NCBI GenBank assembly: GCA_035468985.1
Contig: DATISF010000064.1
Location: forward strand, 225 to 64,224
DNA from: Thermoanaerobaculia bacterium
GTDB lineage: Bacteria; Acidobacteriota; Thermoanaerobaculia; Gp7-AA8
Direction of reading: 5' to 3'
DNA: 64,000 bases
Within the stretch, counting starts at the first letter, position 1; each line of letters starts with the position of its first letter. This document shows, piece by piece, positions 28,035 to 38,196 of the stretch. The notes under the pieces are model-generated. The model made no database searches. It was given only the letters and a program-made list of their open reading frames with translations, and was not told the DNA's origin. A program made the position numbers and the translations under genes.

Positions 28035-28808
28035 ATGACCAAACCGACCATCTCGCTCGTGATCCCGATGTTCAACGAGGAGGCGAACATCGACCATGCG
28101 ATCGGCTACGCGGTCGATGCGCTGAAGCAGCACTCGAGCGATTACGAGATCATCATCATCGACGATGCGTCGACCGACGAGTCGCCCGACATCGTCCGAC
28201 GCGCCATCGAGGGAAACCCGAGGATCCGGCTCATCCGGCACGAGTTCAACTTGAAGCTCGGTGCGTCTCTGCGCACGGGATTCGCGGCGGCGAAGAATGA
28301 CCTGATCCTCTACATGGACGCCGATCTCCCGTTCGATCCCGACGTCCTCGGCCGCGCCATCCGGGCCATGAACGTCACTCGCGCCGACGTGATCTCCGGG
28401 TATCGCTTCGATCGTACGACGGAAGGATTCAAGCGGACGGTGTACACGATCATCTACAACTGGATGATCCGGGTGCTCTTTCACATCTACATCCGCGACA
28501 TCAACTTTTCGTTCAAGCTGATGAAGCGGGAGGTGCTGCAGGCCATTCAGCTTCGCTCCGAGGGCTCGCTGATCGATGCCGAGCTGATCGTGAAGTCGCG
28601 GAATCACGGCTTCTTCATCCAGCAGATCGGACTCGACTACTTCCCGCGAGTCCTCGGCACGTCGCATCTGGCTTCGTCGGCGGTGATCGTGAAGATCTTT
28701 CGCGAGCTCATCGCGTTGTTCCCGGAGATGCGAAGAAAGGTGCCACGTGAAGCGCCGGGCCTCTCGCGCGGCGATTCGGCGGCCGAGACAGCCGCCGCTC
28801 CACAGTGA
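28035..28808 (+). CDS. GT2 glycosyltransferase, polyprenol-phosphate sugar synthase-like (Dpm1/ArnC/GtrB family)
   Basis: SLVIPMFNEE...IIIDDASTDES...YMDADL motifs. Confidence 0.75.
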   Translation: MTKPTISLVIPMFNEEANIDHAIGYAVDALKQHSSDYEIIIIDDASTDESPDIVRRAIEGNPRIRLIRHEFNLKLGASLRTGFAAAKNDLILYMDADLPFDPDVLGRAIRAMNVTRADVISGYRFDRTTEGFKRTVYTIIYNWMIRVLFHIYIRDINFSFKLMKREVLQAIQLRSEGSLIDAELIVKSRNHGFFIQQIGLDYFPRVLGTSHLASSAVIVKIFRELIALFPEMRRKVPREAPGLSRGDSAAETAAAPQ

Positions 28809-29560
28809 AGCGCCTGATCGTCACGGCCGATGACGTCGGTCTCGACCGCGGCATGACCGCGGGGGCCATCCGCGCGCATCGCGAGGGGATCGTCACCGCA
28901 TGCAGCATCGTCGCGAACGGCCGCGAGTTCGACGACGCGGTGGCGCGCCTGCGCGATACTCCGTCGCTCGAAGCCGGAGTTCACCTCACGCTCGTCGAAG
29001 AAGAGTCCCTGACGGGCATCGAGCTGCCGAAGAGCTGGAAGACGTTTTTCCCCGCGTACGTCGCCGGAAGGATCAAGCTGCCGCGGATCATCGACGAGCT
29101 CCGCGCGCAGATCGAGAAGGTGCTCGGCACCGGCTTGCGCATCACCCATGTCAACAGCCATCAGCATCTGCATGCCCTGAGGCAGATCTTCGCTGTGGTG
29201 CTTCAGCTCTCGAGCCAGTACGAGATCGGCTACGTCCGCCGCGTCCATGATTTCGGCGGCCAGGCCGGCCGCATGCGGCGTGCGGCGGTGAACGTGCTCA
29301 ACCGGATCGGCCGAACGGCGCCGGGAAACAACGATCGGACGATCGGCGTCATGGAGGCGGGCCATCTCACGCGGATCGAGCCCTTGCTGCAGTACGTCGA
29401 AGGCGTGACCGAGCTCGTCACGCATCCCGGCATCGGCGTCGCCGGCTATGCGCAGTGGAACTACGACTGGGAAGGGGAGCTGCGCGCCCTGTGTGATCCG
29501 GAGCTGCGCAACACGATCGCGCGGTACTCAATCGAGCTGGCCGTGCCAGGCGCCGTCTGA
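28805..29560 (+). CDS. YdjC/ChbG/HpnK-family carbohydrate deacetylase
   Basis: MKRLIVTADDVGL (conserved Asp), HLTL, NSHQHLH metal-binding motifs; GTG start overlapping GT2 stop. Confidence 0.7.
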   Translation: MKRLIVTADDVGLDRGMTAGAIRAHREGIVTACSIVANGREFDDAVARLRDTPSLEAGVHLTLVEEESLTGIELPKSWKTFFPAYVAGRIKLPRIIDELRAQIEKVLGTGLRITHVNSHQHLHALRQIFAVVLQLSSQYEIGYVRRVHDFGGQAGRMRRAAVNVLNRIGRTAPGNNDRTIGVMEAGHLTRIEPLLQYVEGVTELVTHPGIGVAGYAQWNYDWEGELRALCDPELRNTIARYSIELAVPGAV

Positions 29561-29566
29561 GCCGGA

Positions 29567-30184
29567 TCAGATGTGCCGGCGCAGCTGATCGAATACGAGC
29601 CGACTGGTCCAGTACTCCGTGTGCGCGAGCAGGGGAATCGTCGCTTCTGAACGTGTCCAGCCCGTTGCGGCTCGGAACTGAATCAGGAGCTCCTTCACGT
29701 GTCGCGACACCTCGGCGACGCCCGCCCACAGCAGCAGCCTGGCGCCGCAGGCGATGCTCACGACGACGAACGAAGTCGTTACCGCAGTCATTGCCGTCAA
29801 AAGCTCGGGTGAAGGCCAGAGGCGGACGCACCACCTCCGATGAACTTGTCGTAGGCGCGTGAGAGCGCGACCGCCCCGATGCAGGTGTTGAGGACGATAA
29901 GGACGGCGATCACCGCGAGCACCGTCAACAGAAGCGTTCCGCCGTTGGCGAGGGAAGCGGATCACGTCATTGATCCCGATGTGTTCTGCCGTCAGCGGCG
30001 CCCAGTACGCTTCGTAGACGTGGACTTCTCGGGCTGAGCCGCCGCCATCGGTGAGTTGCCGCTCCACTCGGGCGAGCGTCTCGTCACCGATCTGGACGAG
30101 CCGCGGCGCGGGGGTTGCCTTCCGCCGCGCCAAGCCCTGGCGGCTCGATCGGTGCGCAGCATCAATCCCGGAGTGACCGGGCAC
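29567..30184 (-). pseudogene. Probable decayed gene remnant (frameshifted membrane-protein-like fragments)
   Basis: Long ORF is Arg-rich and implausible; alternative frames give TM-like LLLTVLAVIAVLIVLNT and ELLIQFRAATGWTRSEATIPLLAHTEYWT fragments. Confidence 0.25.
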
Positions 30185-30218
30185 AGCACTTTCCTACCGC
30201 CGTATAATCCGCGCCGCT

Positions 30219-31274
30219 TTGCCGACCACGAAGAAAATCGCCGTCGTTCCCGGAGACGGCATCGGACCCGAGGTCATCGCCGCCGGGATGAAGATCCTCC
30301 AGCACCTCAATGACCGGCGGAAGCTCGGTCTCGAGTTCGTGCACTTCGGCTGGAACGCGGACGAGTACCTGCGCACCGGCGTGTCGATGCCGCCCGGCGC
30401 GATGGACGACCTCCGCGACAACTACGCGGCCGTGTACCTCGGCGCATTCGGCGATCCACGCATCCCCGACATGAAGCACGCCGCCGATATCCTCCTCGGC
30501 ATGCGCTTCCAGCTTGACCTCTACGTGAACTACCGGCCGGTCAAGCTGCTGAACGAGAAACTCTCGCCGCTCAAGAACAAGGGGATGAAGGAGATCGACT
30601 TCGTCATCTTCCGCGAGAACACCGAGGGCGCGTACGTCGGCATCGGGGGCAACTTCAAGAAGGGAACGGCGGACGAGATCGCTGTGCAGGAAGACGTCTC
30701 CACGCGAAAAGGTGTGGAGCGGATCATCCGCTACGCGTTCGAGTTCGCACGGCGGACGAAGCGCAAGTCGGTGTGCATGTCCGACAAGAACAACGTGATG
30801 CGCTTCGGCGGCGATCTCTGGGTGCGCACGTTCGAGGACGTGGCCAAGGAGTTTCCCGACATCGAGCACTTCCACATGTTCGTCGACGCGCTGACGATGC
30901 AGATGGTGCGTCAGCCGGAGATGTTCAGCGTCATCGTCACGAACAACATGTTCGGCGATATCGTCACCGACCTCGGCGCCGCGCTGCAGGGCGGGCTGGG
31001 GATGGCGGGATCGGGAAACATTCATCCCGGCCGGGTCTCGATGTTCGAGCCCATTCACGGCAGCGCGCCGAAGTACACGGGCAAGGACGTCTCGAATCCG
31101 CTGGGCGCGATCCTCACGGCCGCGATGATGCTCGACGATCTCGGTTTCCCGGACGAATCCAACGCCATCGAAGCGGCGGTCATCGCCGCGATCCAGGCCG
31201 GCGAGACGACGCGCGACATCGGCGGATCGCTGGGAACGAAAGCGGCGGGCGAAGCAGTGTTGAAGCGGTTGTAG
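30219..31274 (+). CDS. 3-isopropylmalate/tartrate dehydrogenase family protein
   Basis: [15 protein letters not shown]-terminus, isocitrate/IPM dehydrogenase fold throughout; TTG start. Confidence 0.75.
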   Translation: MPTTKKIAVVPGDGIGPEVIAAGMKILQHLNDRRKLGLEFVHFGWNADEYLRTGVSMPPGAMDDLRDNYAAVYLGAFGDPRIPDMKHAADILLGMRFQLDLYVNYRPVKLLNEKLSPLKNKGMKEIDFVIFRENTEGAYVGIGGNFKKGTADEIAVQEDVSTRKGVERIIRYAFEFARRTKRKSVCMSDKNNVMRFGGDLWVRTFEDVAKEFPDIEHFHMFVDALTMQMVRQPEMFSVIVTNNMFGDIVTDLGAALQGGLGMAGSGNIHPGRVSMFEPIHGSAPKYTGKDVSNPLGAILTAAMMLDDLGFPDESNAIEAAVIAAIQAGETTRDIGGSLGTKAAGEAVLKRL

Positions 31275-31277
31275 GAC

Positions 31278-32366
31278 TCACTGGTTCTTCGCGTACATGA
31301 CCACCAGCACGATCGCGAGAATCGCCATCGTCAGCAACGTCACCTTCACCCACGAAAACGGCGCCGTGCCCGCGGCTTTTCCGGTGACGCCATTGACGAT
31401 GTAGCGGTACGCCTTGCTGCCGTACTCGTACGCGGCGATCCAGATCGGAAGCAGTGCGTTCTTGTAGGCGAGTGCCGAGAACGTCGTGTCCACGACGAGG
31501 TCGCGGTATGTGTCGCCGGGAATCTGCGAGATGCACTCGCTGCGGATCTCGTTGCTCATCCGCTTTTTCGCGCTCTGGAGCGCCTCCGGCAGATCGATGG
31601 CGTTCTCCTCGGCGAGAAAACCCGAGAGGAACGCCGGATCGTACGGTGTCAGCTCGGCCGTCGGGAACGGCTCGATGTCTTTTGCGAGGTACGGCGGCAT
31701 TCCGTTCGATGCGGGGATTGGGATGTCGTCGAAAAACTTCGTGAGGTTCCCTGACGCCGGTTCCCATCGCGTGCGCTGTTCCTGCCGTTCGACCTGGCGT
31801 CCGTTCTCGTAGACCGTGACGGACTCGTAGTAGTGGTAACCGGCGTCTGCGGTCCACCGCGAGTTCGTCGCGGCGTCAAACGTCCAGAACGGTACATAGA
31901 CGCCCTGCATGGTCGTCAGGCGCGACTTCGAACTGAGGTCGTTGGGCCGCAGCCACAACGACGCGAGCCAGGAGCGGAACTGTCCGATGGCCGTGGTACG
32001 GGCGATCTTGAACGCCAGCAGGCCTTCCGGCCTGACGACGTTCGGATTCGGCGGTGCGTCGACGACGGCAGCCGTTCCGCAGAACGCGCAAGAGCTTGCG
32101 GCGATGTGAGGATCGAGCGTGGTGTGCGCGCCGCACTTCTTGCAGATGATGACTTTCCGCTCTGCGCCCCATCCGAGGTCGCGCGGGGCGCGGAGCGCGG
32201 CGTCGACGCTGTGCTCCTCGATCCTGCCCTGCGGCGTGGCGATCGCCTTCTGGTGTCCGCAGTAAGGGCACTTCAGCATCAGTGCGCCGGGATCCCAGCG
32301 CACGTCCGCTCCGCAGCTCTCGCAAGGGAACTTGCGGGCTTTCGCTTCGAGTGGCGCGTTACTCAT
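31278..32366 (-). CDS. Double zinc-ribbon protein with C-terminal TM anchor (YdjG-like partner of SPFH protein)
   Basis: CESCG...CPYCG and CKKCG...CAFCG ribbons; terminal hydrophobic helix. Confidence 0.5.
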   Translation of the reverse strand: MSNAPLEAKARKFPCESCGADVRWDPGALMLKCPYCGHQKAIATPQGRIEEHSVDAALRAPRDLGWGAERKVIICKKCGAHTTLDPHIAASSCAFCGTAAVVDAPPNPNVVRPEGLLAFKIARTTAIGQFRSWLASLWLRPNDLSSKSRLTTMQGVYVPFWTFDAATNSRWTADAGYHYYESVTVYENGRQVERQEQRTRWEPASGNLTKFFDDIPIPASNGMPPYLAKDIEPFPTAELTPYDPAFLSGFLAEENAIDLPEALQSAKKRMSNEIRSECISQIPGDTYRDLVVDTTFSALAYKNALLPIWIAAYEYGSKAYRYIVNGVTGKAAGTAPFSWVKVTLLTMAILAIVLVVMYAKNQ

Positions 32367-32471
32367 CGGGGGTCAGAGCTTCGATTCGCCGCTTTTTCTT
32401 CACGTTGTAGAAAACCGATGGCAATTCCTCACCTCGTAGAAAATCGGGCTAACCGAAGCTCTGACCCCATC

Positions 32472-33581
32472 TCATTTCGGGGGCGGAGGCGGCGGCGTCG
32501 TGCCGAGGTCGAGGTCCGTGTAGCTGTTGAGCGGAGCCCAGCCGGCTGCGCCAGGCCGCCATGCCTGTGCCGTCGCCGCGATCTGGCCGCCCTGCACCAT
32601 CGTGCGCAACGCGTCATCGGTGAACGGACCGTACGTCTTGCCGTCGATCGCGATCGACCAGCGGGCGGCGGCGGGTGGGGCGGGTGGGGGTGGGGCGGGT
32701 GGGGGTGGGGCGGCGGCGGCGGCCCCCGTCATGGCCTGCCCCATCGTGCCGCCGATGGCGATGCCGGCGCCGAGTCCGGCGCCTGCGCCGGCGAGACCTC
32801 CCGGATTCGCGGCCGCGACCTTGATCGCGTCAGCGGTCTGCAGTTGCGTGTACTGCTGCATCCGGTCGCCGAGGACACCGAGCTTGGAACGCTGATCGAT
32901 GGCCGCTTCGACTTCCTCCGGCAGCGAAATGTTTTCGATGAAGAAGCGCGCCAACTCGAGTCCGTATCCCCCGAACTCCGGCTGCAGGATCTTGATCGCC
33001 GTGGCGGAGAGCTCGTCGTAATGCGCCGCCAGGTCGAGCGCCGCGATATGCGCCTCGGCGATCGCATCCGACAGGCGCGACATGATCGTCGAGCGGAGCT
33101 GTCCGACGATCTCGTCCGTCGCCATGAGGCCCTGCGTGCCGACGATCGTCTTGAAAAACGTCTTGGCGTCCGAGATCTTCATCGCGTACGTGCCGTACGT
33201 GCGAATCCGAATCATTCCGAACTCGGGATCGCGCATCATCACCGGATTCGCCGTGCCCCACTTCAGATCCGTGAACAGTCGCGTGTTGAAGAAGTAGACC
33301 TCGGCCTTGAACGGCGACTCGAAGCCGTACTTCCAGCTGCGCAGTTTCGTGAGGATCGGCATGTTCTGCGTGGAGAGCTGATAGCGGCCGGGCGTGAAGA
33401 GGTCGGCGGCCTGCCCTTCATTGATGAAGAGCGCGACCTGGTTCTCCCGAACCGTGAGCTGCGCACCCATCTTGATTTCCTGACCGTGGACCGGAAAGCG
33501 ATAGACGAGCGTGTCCTGCGTGTCATCCAGCCATTGGATGACTTCGATGAATTGAGAACGAATTGCGTCGAACAGACCCAT
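32472..33581 (-). CDS. SPFH/Band-7 family protein (Band_7_1 type, YdjI-like) with Pro-rich linker and C-terminal GYF/DUF4339-like domain
   Basis: N-terminal MGLFDAIRSQFIEVIQW...YRFP pattern typical of PF13421 proteins; C-terminal WSIAIDGKTYGPF...W motif. Confidence 0.6.
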   Translation of the reverse strand: MGLFDAIRSQFIEVIQWLDDTQDTLVYRFPVHGQEIKMGAQLTVRENQVALFINEGQAADLFTPGRYQLSTQNMPILTKLRSWKYGFESPFKAEVYFFNTRLFTDLKWGTANPVMMRDPEFGMIRIRTYGTYAMKISDAKTFFKTIVGTQGLMATDEIVGQLRSTIMSRLSDAIAEAHIAALDLAAHYDELSATAIKILQPEFGGYGLELARFFIENISLPEEVEAAIDQRSKLGVLGDRMQQYTQLQTADAIKVAAANPGGLAGAGAGLGAGIAIGGTMGQAMTGAAAAAPPPPAPPPPAPPAAARWSIAIDGKTYGPFTDDALRTMVQGGQIAATAQAWRPGAAGWAPLNSYTDLDLGTTPPPPPPK

Positions 33582-33662
33582 GTCGGACCTCCGTTGGGAC
33601 GAGGAATTAGTGTACGTTGTTTGGCCCCGGTTGTTCGACGACGGGGTTCGAAGGAGCTACAC

Positions 33663-35783
33663 GTGAAGAGATTTCTGAGCGTTTTTGTCGCCGCCGTCGC
33701 CCTGAGCGCGTTTGCCGGCGATGGAATGTGGATGCCGCAGCAGGTGCCGCAACTCGCGCCCGAGCTGCAGAAGATGGGCATCAAAATTGATCCTGTTCAA
33801 TTATCCGATCTGACGGGCGACCCGCTCGGAGCGGTGATCTCGCTCGGCGGCTGCACGGCGTCGTTCGTCTCGCCGGACGGCCTGATCGTCACGAATCACC
33901 ACTGCGTCTTCGGATCGGTGCAGTACAACAGCACGCCGCAGCGCGACCTCATCACGAACGGATTTCTGGCGCGCACGCGCGAGGAAGAAGTTCCCGCCGC
34001 GCCGGGAACGAAAGTGTGGGTGACGACGAGAATCGCCGACGTCACCGACCGCGTGACGGGAAAGCTGGCCCCCAAACTCTCCGACGCGGACCGCCAGCGG
34101 GAAATCGAGCGCCGCCAGAAGAGTCTCGTCGCCGAGTGCGAGAAGCCGGGCGGCCTGCGCTGCCGCGTGGCGTCGTTCTTTGAAGGCTCGCAGTATCTGA
34201 TGACCACGCAGCTGGAGCTGTCCGAGGTGAAGCTGGTGTACGCGCCGGCGCGCGCGATCGGCGAGTTCGGCGGCGAGGTCGACAACTTCGAGTGGCCGCG
34301 TCACACCGGCGACTGGGGTTTTTATCGCGCCTATCAGAACGGGCAGCCGTATCACCCGCAGCACTGGCTCAAGCTTTCGACCGCGGGCGTCAACCGGGAT
34401 GACCTCGTCATCGTGGCCGGCTATCCCGGCCGCACGTTCCGCTACAAGACCGCCGACGAGGTCCGCAACTACCGCGACTTCGTCTATCCGAACTCGATCC
34501 GCTACTTCACGGACGTCATCACGATCCTCGACGACGCCGGAAAGAACAACAAGGCCGTCGCATTGAAGAACACATCGCGGATCAAGAGCTTCGCGAACTC
34601 GGTGAAGAACTACACCAGCGTGAACGAGGGGTTCACGAAGGACCGCATCGTCGAGGCACGGCTCGCGCGCGAGGAACAGCTGCGCGCCGCCGGCCTGGGA
34701 ACCGTACTCGACAGCATCGCGCGCCTCAACGCCGCGAACACCGCCACACAGCAGCGCGACACGATCCTGACCTGGCTCCTCGGCTCGTCGACCGCGGGAT
34801 TCTTCCGCGACCGCGGATCGGTGATGCTGGCGCAGGCTGGACGCATTCTCCGGCTCGCCCAGGAGCGGCCGAAGAAGGATGCCGATCGCGCCAGCGGTTA
34901 CCAGCAGCGCGATTTCGAGAACATTCGCCAGGGTTCCGATCGCGCGCAGCGAACCATGGATCCCGAAAGCGACCGGGCGGTGGTGCGCTACTTCCTCGCC
35001 GAGGCGGCGAAGCTGCCGCCGTCGCAGCGGATCGAGCCGATCGATCGCGCAGTCGCCGCGGCGGGCGGAATGGGACCGTTCCTCGATCAGCTCTACGGCA
35101 ACACGAAGATCGGAGATCAGGCCGAGCGCACGAAGATGCTCTCGGAAACGACGCAGCAGCTCGGTGTGCGCAACGACTCGATGCTGAAGTTCGTCGCCTC
35201 GCTCCTGCCGATCGAGCGTTCCAACGAAGAGCGCGAAGTGGCGTTCCTGGGGGCGATGTCGCGATTGCGCCCCGGCTACTTCGAGGCGCTGCGAAAGATC
35301 GGCGGCGGCAATCTCTACCCGGACGCGAACAGCACGCTGCGAGTGACGTTCGGAACCGTCGAAGGCTACACGCCGAAGGATGCGACGTTCTACACGCCGC
35401 AGACGACGCTCGGTGGGGTTCTGCAGAAGGAGACCGGGCAGGAGCCGTTCGCCAGCCCGAAGACGCTTCTCGCGGCCGCCCACGATCCGGCGAAGACCAC
35501 GCCGTGGTTCGACCCGCAATTGCGCGACGTGCCGGTCAATTTCCTTTCGACCTGCGACACCACCGGCGGCAACTCCGGCTCGCCGACGCTGAACGCCAAG
35601 GGTGAGCTCGTCGGGCTGCTCTTCGACGGCAACTATGAGTCGATCGACGCCGACTTTCTCTTCAATCCGGCGATGACGCGATCGATCCACGTCGACACAA
35701 ATTACATGCTGTGGGTGATGGATGCGGTCGACGGTGCCAAGAACCTGATGAACGAGCTGGGGGTTCCGCCGAAAGTGAAGTGA
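33663..35783 (+). CDS. Peptidase S46 (dipeptidyl-peptidase 7/11-like), secreted
   Basis: GDGMWMPQQ N-terminal hallmark; TTGGNSGSP catalytic Ser motif; GTG start. Confidence 0.85.
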   Translation: MKRFLSVFVAAVALSAFAGDGMWMPQQVPQLAPELQKMGIKIDPVQLSDLTGDPLGAVISLGGCTASFVSPDGLIVTNHHCVFGSVQYNSTPQRDLITNGFLARTREEEVPAAPGTKVWVTTRIADVTDRVTGKLAPKLSDADRQREIERRQKSLVAECEKPGGLRCRVASFFEGSQYLMTTQLELSEVKLVYAPARAIGEFGGEVDNFEWPRHTGDWGFYRAYQNGQPYHPQHWLKLSTAGVNRDDLVIVAGYPGRTFRYKTADEVRNYRDFVYPNSIRYFTDVITILDDAGKNNKAVALKNTSRIKSFANSVKNYTSVNEGFTKDRIVEARLAREEQLRAAGLGTVLDSIARLNAANTATQQRDTILTWLLGSSTAGFFRDRGSVMLAQAGRILRLAQERPKKDADRASGYQQRDFENIRQGSDRAQRTMDPESDRAVVRYFLAEAAKLPPSQRIEPIDRAVAAAGGMGPFLDQLYGNTKIGDQAERTKMLSETTQQLGVRNDSMLKFVASLLPIERSNEEREVAFLGAMSRLRPGYFEALRKIGGGNLYPDANSTLRVTFGTVEGYTPKDATFYTPQTTLGGVLQKETGQEPFASPKTLLAAAHDPAKTTPWFDPQLRDVPVNFLSTCDTTGGNSGSPTLNAKGELVGLLFDGNYESIDADFLFNPAMTRSIHVDTNYMLWVMDAVDGAKNLMNELGVPPKVK

Positions 35784-35827
35784 TAGGCTAGCGGGCCTAC
35801 GTTCCAAGAACGAAAGGAGCCTCACCG

Positions 35828-37303
35828 ATGCGCAAGCTCTCTCTCCTTGCCGTAGGTCTGCTTTTCGTCACATCGTTGTTCGGGCAAAACAATTCGAAGG
35901 ATCCCACCTGGTGGGACAAGTACCAGTACCTGCTCAACAACGGACCCGACGCCGACAGCGGCACGACGACCTCGGTCGCCTTCGCCGGCAACATCGACGT
36001 CTCGAACGAATGCGGTCCCCAAAGCGAGACGTACATCACGATCAACACCGCGAACGCGCGCAATCTCGCCGGCGGGTCGAACGAGATTTTCCGCGATCCG
36101 ATGCGCGGCTACTGGTCGGCTGACGGAGGAAAGACCTGGGGTGGCGTCGACCTTCCTCTCCCTCCGCCGATCGGGGCGAACGGCATCCGCTTCGGTTCCG
36201 ATCCAACGCTGGCGTTCGATACGAAAGGCAATCTGTACTACGGCTACATCGTCGTGTTCTTCGGCGCCGGAAACGGCATCAACGGCACGGAGATGGCTGT
36301 GGCGAAGTCGACGGACGGCGGCAGGACGTACCCGTCGGTCACGTACTTCTCGTTCGAGGGCGGCGGGAATCACTTCAACGACAAACCGATGATCACGACC
36401 GACACCAACGCCGGCAGCGCCTTCAAAGACAACGTTTACATTGCCTGGGACGCGGCCTCCGGCGGATCGACCAGCGGCGGCATCCGCGTCGCTGCATCGC
36501 GCGATGGGGGAGCTTCTTTCACCATCACCCGAGCCGACGATCCACAAGGGCCCGGGCAGTCGATCGGTGCGGTTCCGTTCGTTGGCACCAACGGCGAGTT
36601 GTATGTCGCGTGGAACGACTACGCCCAGAACACGATCGAGCTCAACCGCTCGTTCGATGGAGGGAAGACCTGGGAGGCGCAGCGCACCGTGGCAAACAAA
36701 GTCATTCCGTTCGATGCCGGCATTCCCGCCGAGTTCAATCGCCGCGCGCTGATCTATCCCGCGTGCGACGTCGATCGCAGCAAGAGCTCGCATCGCGGGC
36801 GGCTGGTGTGTTCGTGGACGGACACGCTCGACGGCATGACCACCGACATCGTCACCGCCTATTCGGACGACAAGGGAACGACCTGGTCGCGCCCCCAGCC
36901 TGCGACGGACCGCCTCCCGTATCTCGCCGACCGTTTCAACCAGTGGTTGTCGGTCGATCCGACGAATGGCGTGGTCAACGTCGCGTTCTATGACACCCGC
37001 AACGACACGACCGGCGCGCGTTACGAGACGGACTTCTTCCTGTCGCGCTCCAGCGACGGCGGTGCCACATTCGCGCCGAATCTCCGCGTGACCAACGCGC
37101 TGTCGAACGAGCACGACTGCGATGGCGTCTTTCCCTGCCGCAGCATCAACTACGGCAACCAGCAGGGCGACTACGCCGGAGTCGTCGCGTATGGGGGAGT
37201 GGCCCATCCGCTGTGGGTGGACAGCCGGGTCAACACGGACGGCATCTCGACAGCGTGTCCGCGCGGGTTGATGGAGGAAGTGTTCACGGCGAGCGTGAAG
37301 TGA
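35828..37303 (+). CDS. Secreted BNR/Asp-box repeat beta-propeller protein (sialidase-like glycosidase family)
   Basis: Six SxDxGxTW-type repeats (SADGGKTW, STDGGRTY, SRDGGASF, SFDGGKTW, SDDKGTTW, SSDGGATF). Confidence 0.75.
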   Translation: MRKLSLLAVGLLFVTSLFGQNNSKDPTWWDKYQYLLNNGPDADSGTTTSVAFAGNIDVSNECGPQSETYITINTANARNLAGGSNEIFRDPMRGYWSADGGKTWGGVDLPLPPPIGANGIRFGSDPTLAFDTKGNLYYGYIVVFFGAGNGINGTEMAVAKSTDGGRTYPSVTYFSFEGGGNHFNDKPMITTDTNAGSAFKDNVYIAWDAASGGSTSGGIRVAASRDGGASFTITRADDPQGPGQSIGAVPFVGTNGELYVAWNDYAQNTIELNRSFDGGKTWEAQRTVANKVIPFDAGIPAEFNRRALIYPACDVDRSKSSHRGRLVCSWTDTLDGMTTDIVTAYSDDKGTTWSRPQPATDRLPYLADRFNQWLSVDPTNGVVNVAFYDTRNDTTGARYETDFFLSRSSDGGATFAPNLRVTNALSNEHDCDGVFPCRSINYGNQQGDYAGVVAYGGVAHPLWVDSRVNTDGISTACPRGLMEEVFTASVK

Positions 37304-37449
37304 CGGAGCGCCGGCGTCAGCCGGCAAGACGGGGGCCCCGGCTGTGAAGCCGGGGCTCCATACGTGAGTTATAATCCCGCGCCTTAATCGAGACGTGTGG
37401 CGCGTTACCTGCCCGTCTTTTCCAACCTGCGCAAGAGGAGCATTGAGCC

Positions 37450-38196
37450 ATGTCAGGCCACAGTAAATGGAGCACCATCAAGCATAAGAAGGGTGCTGCC
37501 GACGCGAAGCGCGGCAAGATCTTCACCCGGATCATCAAGGAAATGACCGTCGCCGCCCGCCTCGGCGGTGGTGATCCGAATTCCAATCCCCGCCTTCGCG
37601 CGGCCGTGGCCGAAGCCAAGGCCAACAACATGCCGAAGGACAACGTCGAGCGCGCCATCAAGCGCGGTACCGGCGAGCTCGAAGGCGCGACCTACGAGGA
37701 AATCACGTACGAAGGTTACGGTCCCGGCGGCGTGGCCCTGATGGTCGAGACCATGACCGACAACAGCAACCGCACCACCCCCGAGATCCGGCACATCTTC
37801 GAGAAGCACGGCGGGAACATGGGCACGCCGGGCTCGGTGCGGTTCCAGTTCGAGCGGAAAGGCTACTTCTCGATCGAGAAGAAAGCGGCCGATGAAGACA
37901 AGCTGATGGAGATCGCCCTCGAAGCGGGCGCCGACGATCTGCGCACGGACGATCCGGACAGCTACGAGATCTACACCTCCCCGGAGAGCTTCGAGCAGGT
38001 CCGGCAGGGGCTGGAGAAGAACAACATCGCCACGATCGAGGCCAAGCTCGGCCAGATTCCGAGCAACTACGTGAAGCTCGACGAGAACAAGGCCAGGCAG
38101 ATGATGCGTCTCCTGGAGATGCTCGACGATCACGACGACGTGCAGAACGTCTGGTCGAACTTCGACATCCCCGAGGAGTTGCTGGAGACGGCGTGA
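37450..38196 (+). CDS. yebC: YebC/PmpR family DNA-binding transcriptional regulator
   Basis: [16 protein letters not shown]-terminus, full-length family match. Confidence 0.9.
   Translation: MSGHSKWSTIKHKKGAADAKRGKIFTRIIKEMTVAARLGGGDPNSNPRLRAAVAEAKANNMPKDNVERAIKRGTGELEGATYEEITYEGYGPGGVALMVETMTDNSNRTTPEIRHIFEKHGGNMGTPGSVRFQFERKGYFSIEKKAADEDKLMEIALEAGADDLRTDDPDSYEIYTSPESFEQVRQGLEKNNIATIEAKLGQIPSNYVKLDENKARQMMRLLEMLDDHDDVQNVWSNFDIPEELLETA

Noticed and set aside
33801-35825. 674-aa minus-strand ORF antisense to the S46 peptidase gene
   Set aside because: Arg/Ala-rich low-complexity translation with no motif. The opposite strand encodes a clear S46 peptidase. Typical GC-rich antisense artefact.
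35822-37327. 501-aa minus-strand ORF antisense to BNR propeller gene
   Set aside because: Same reasoning. Plus strand has six canonical BNR repeats.
37304-37449. TATAAT box at 37370-37375 upstream of yebC as a promoter
   Set aside because: No convincing -35 or TGn extension. Partially overlaps a family-2 hairpin. Left uncalled.
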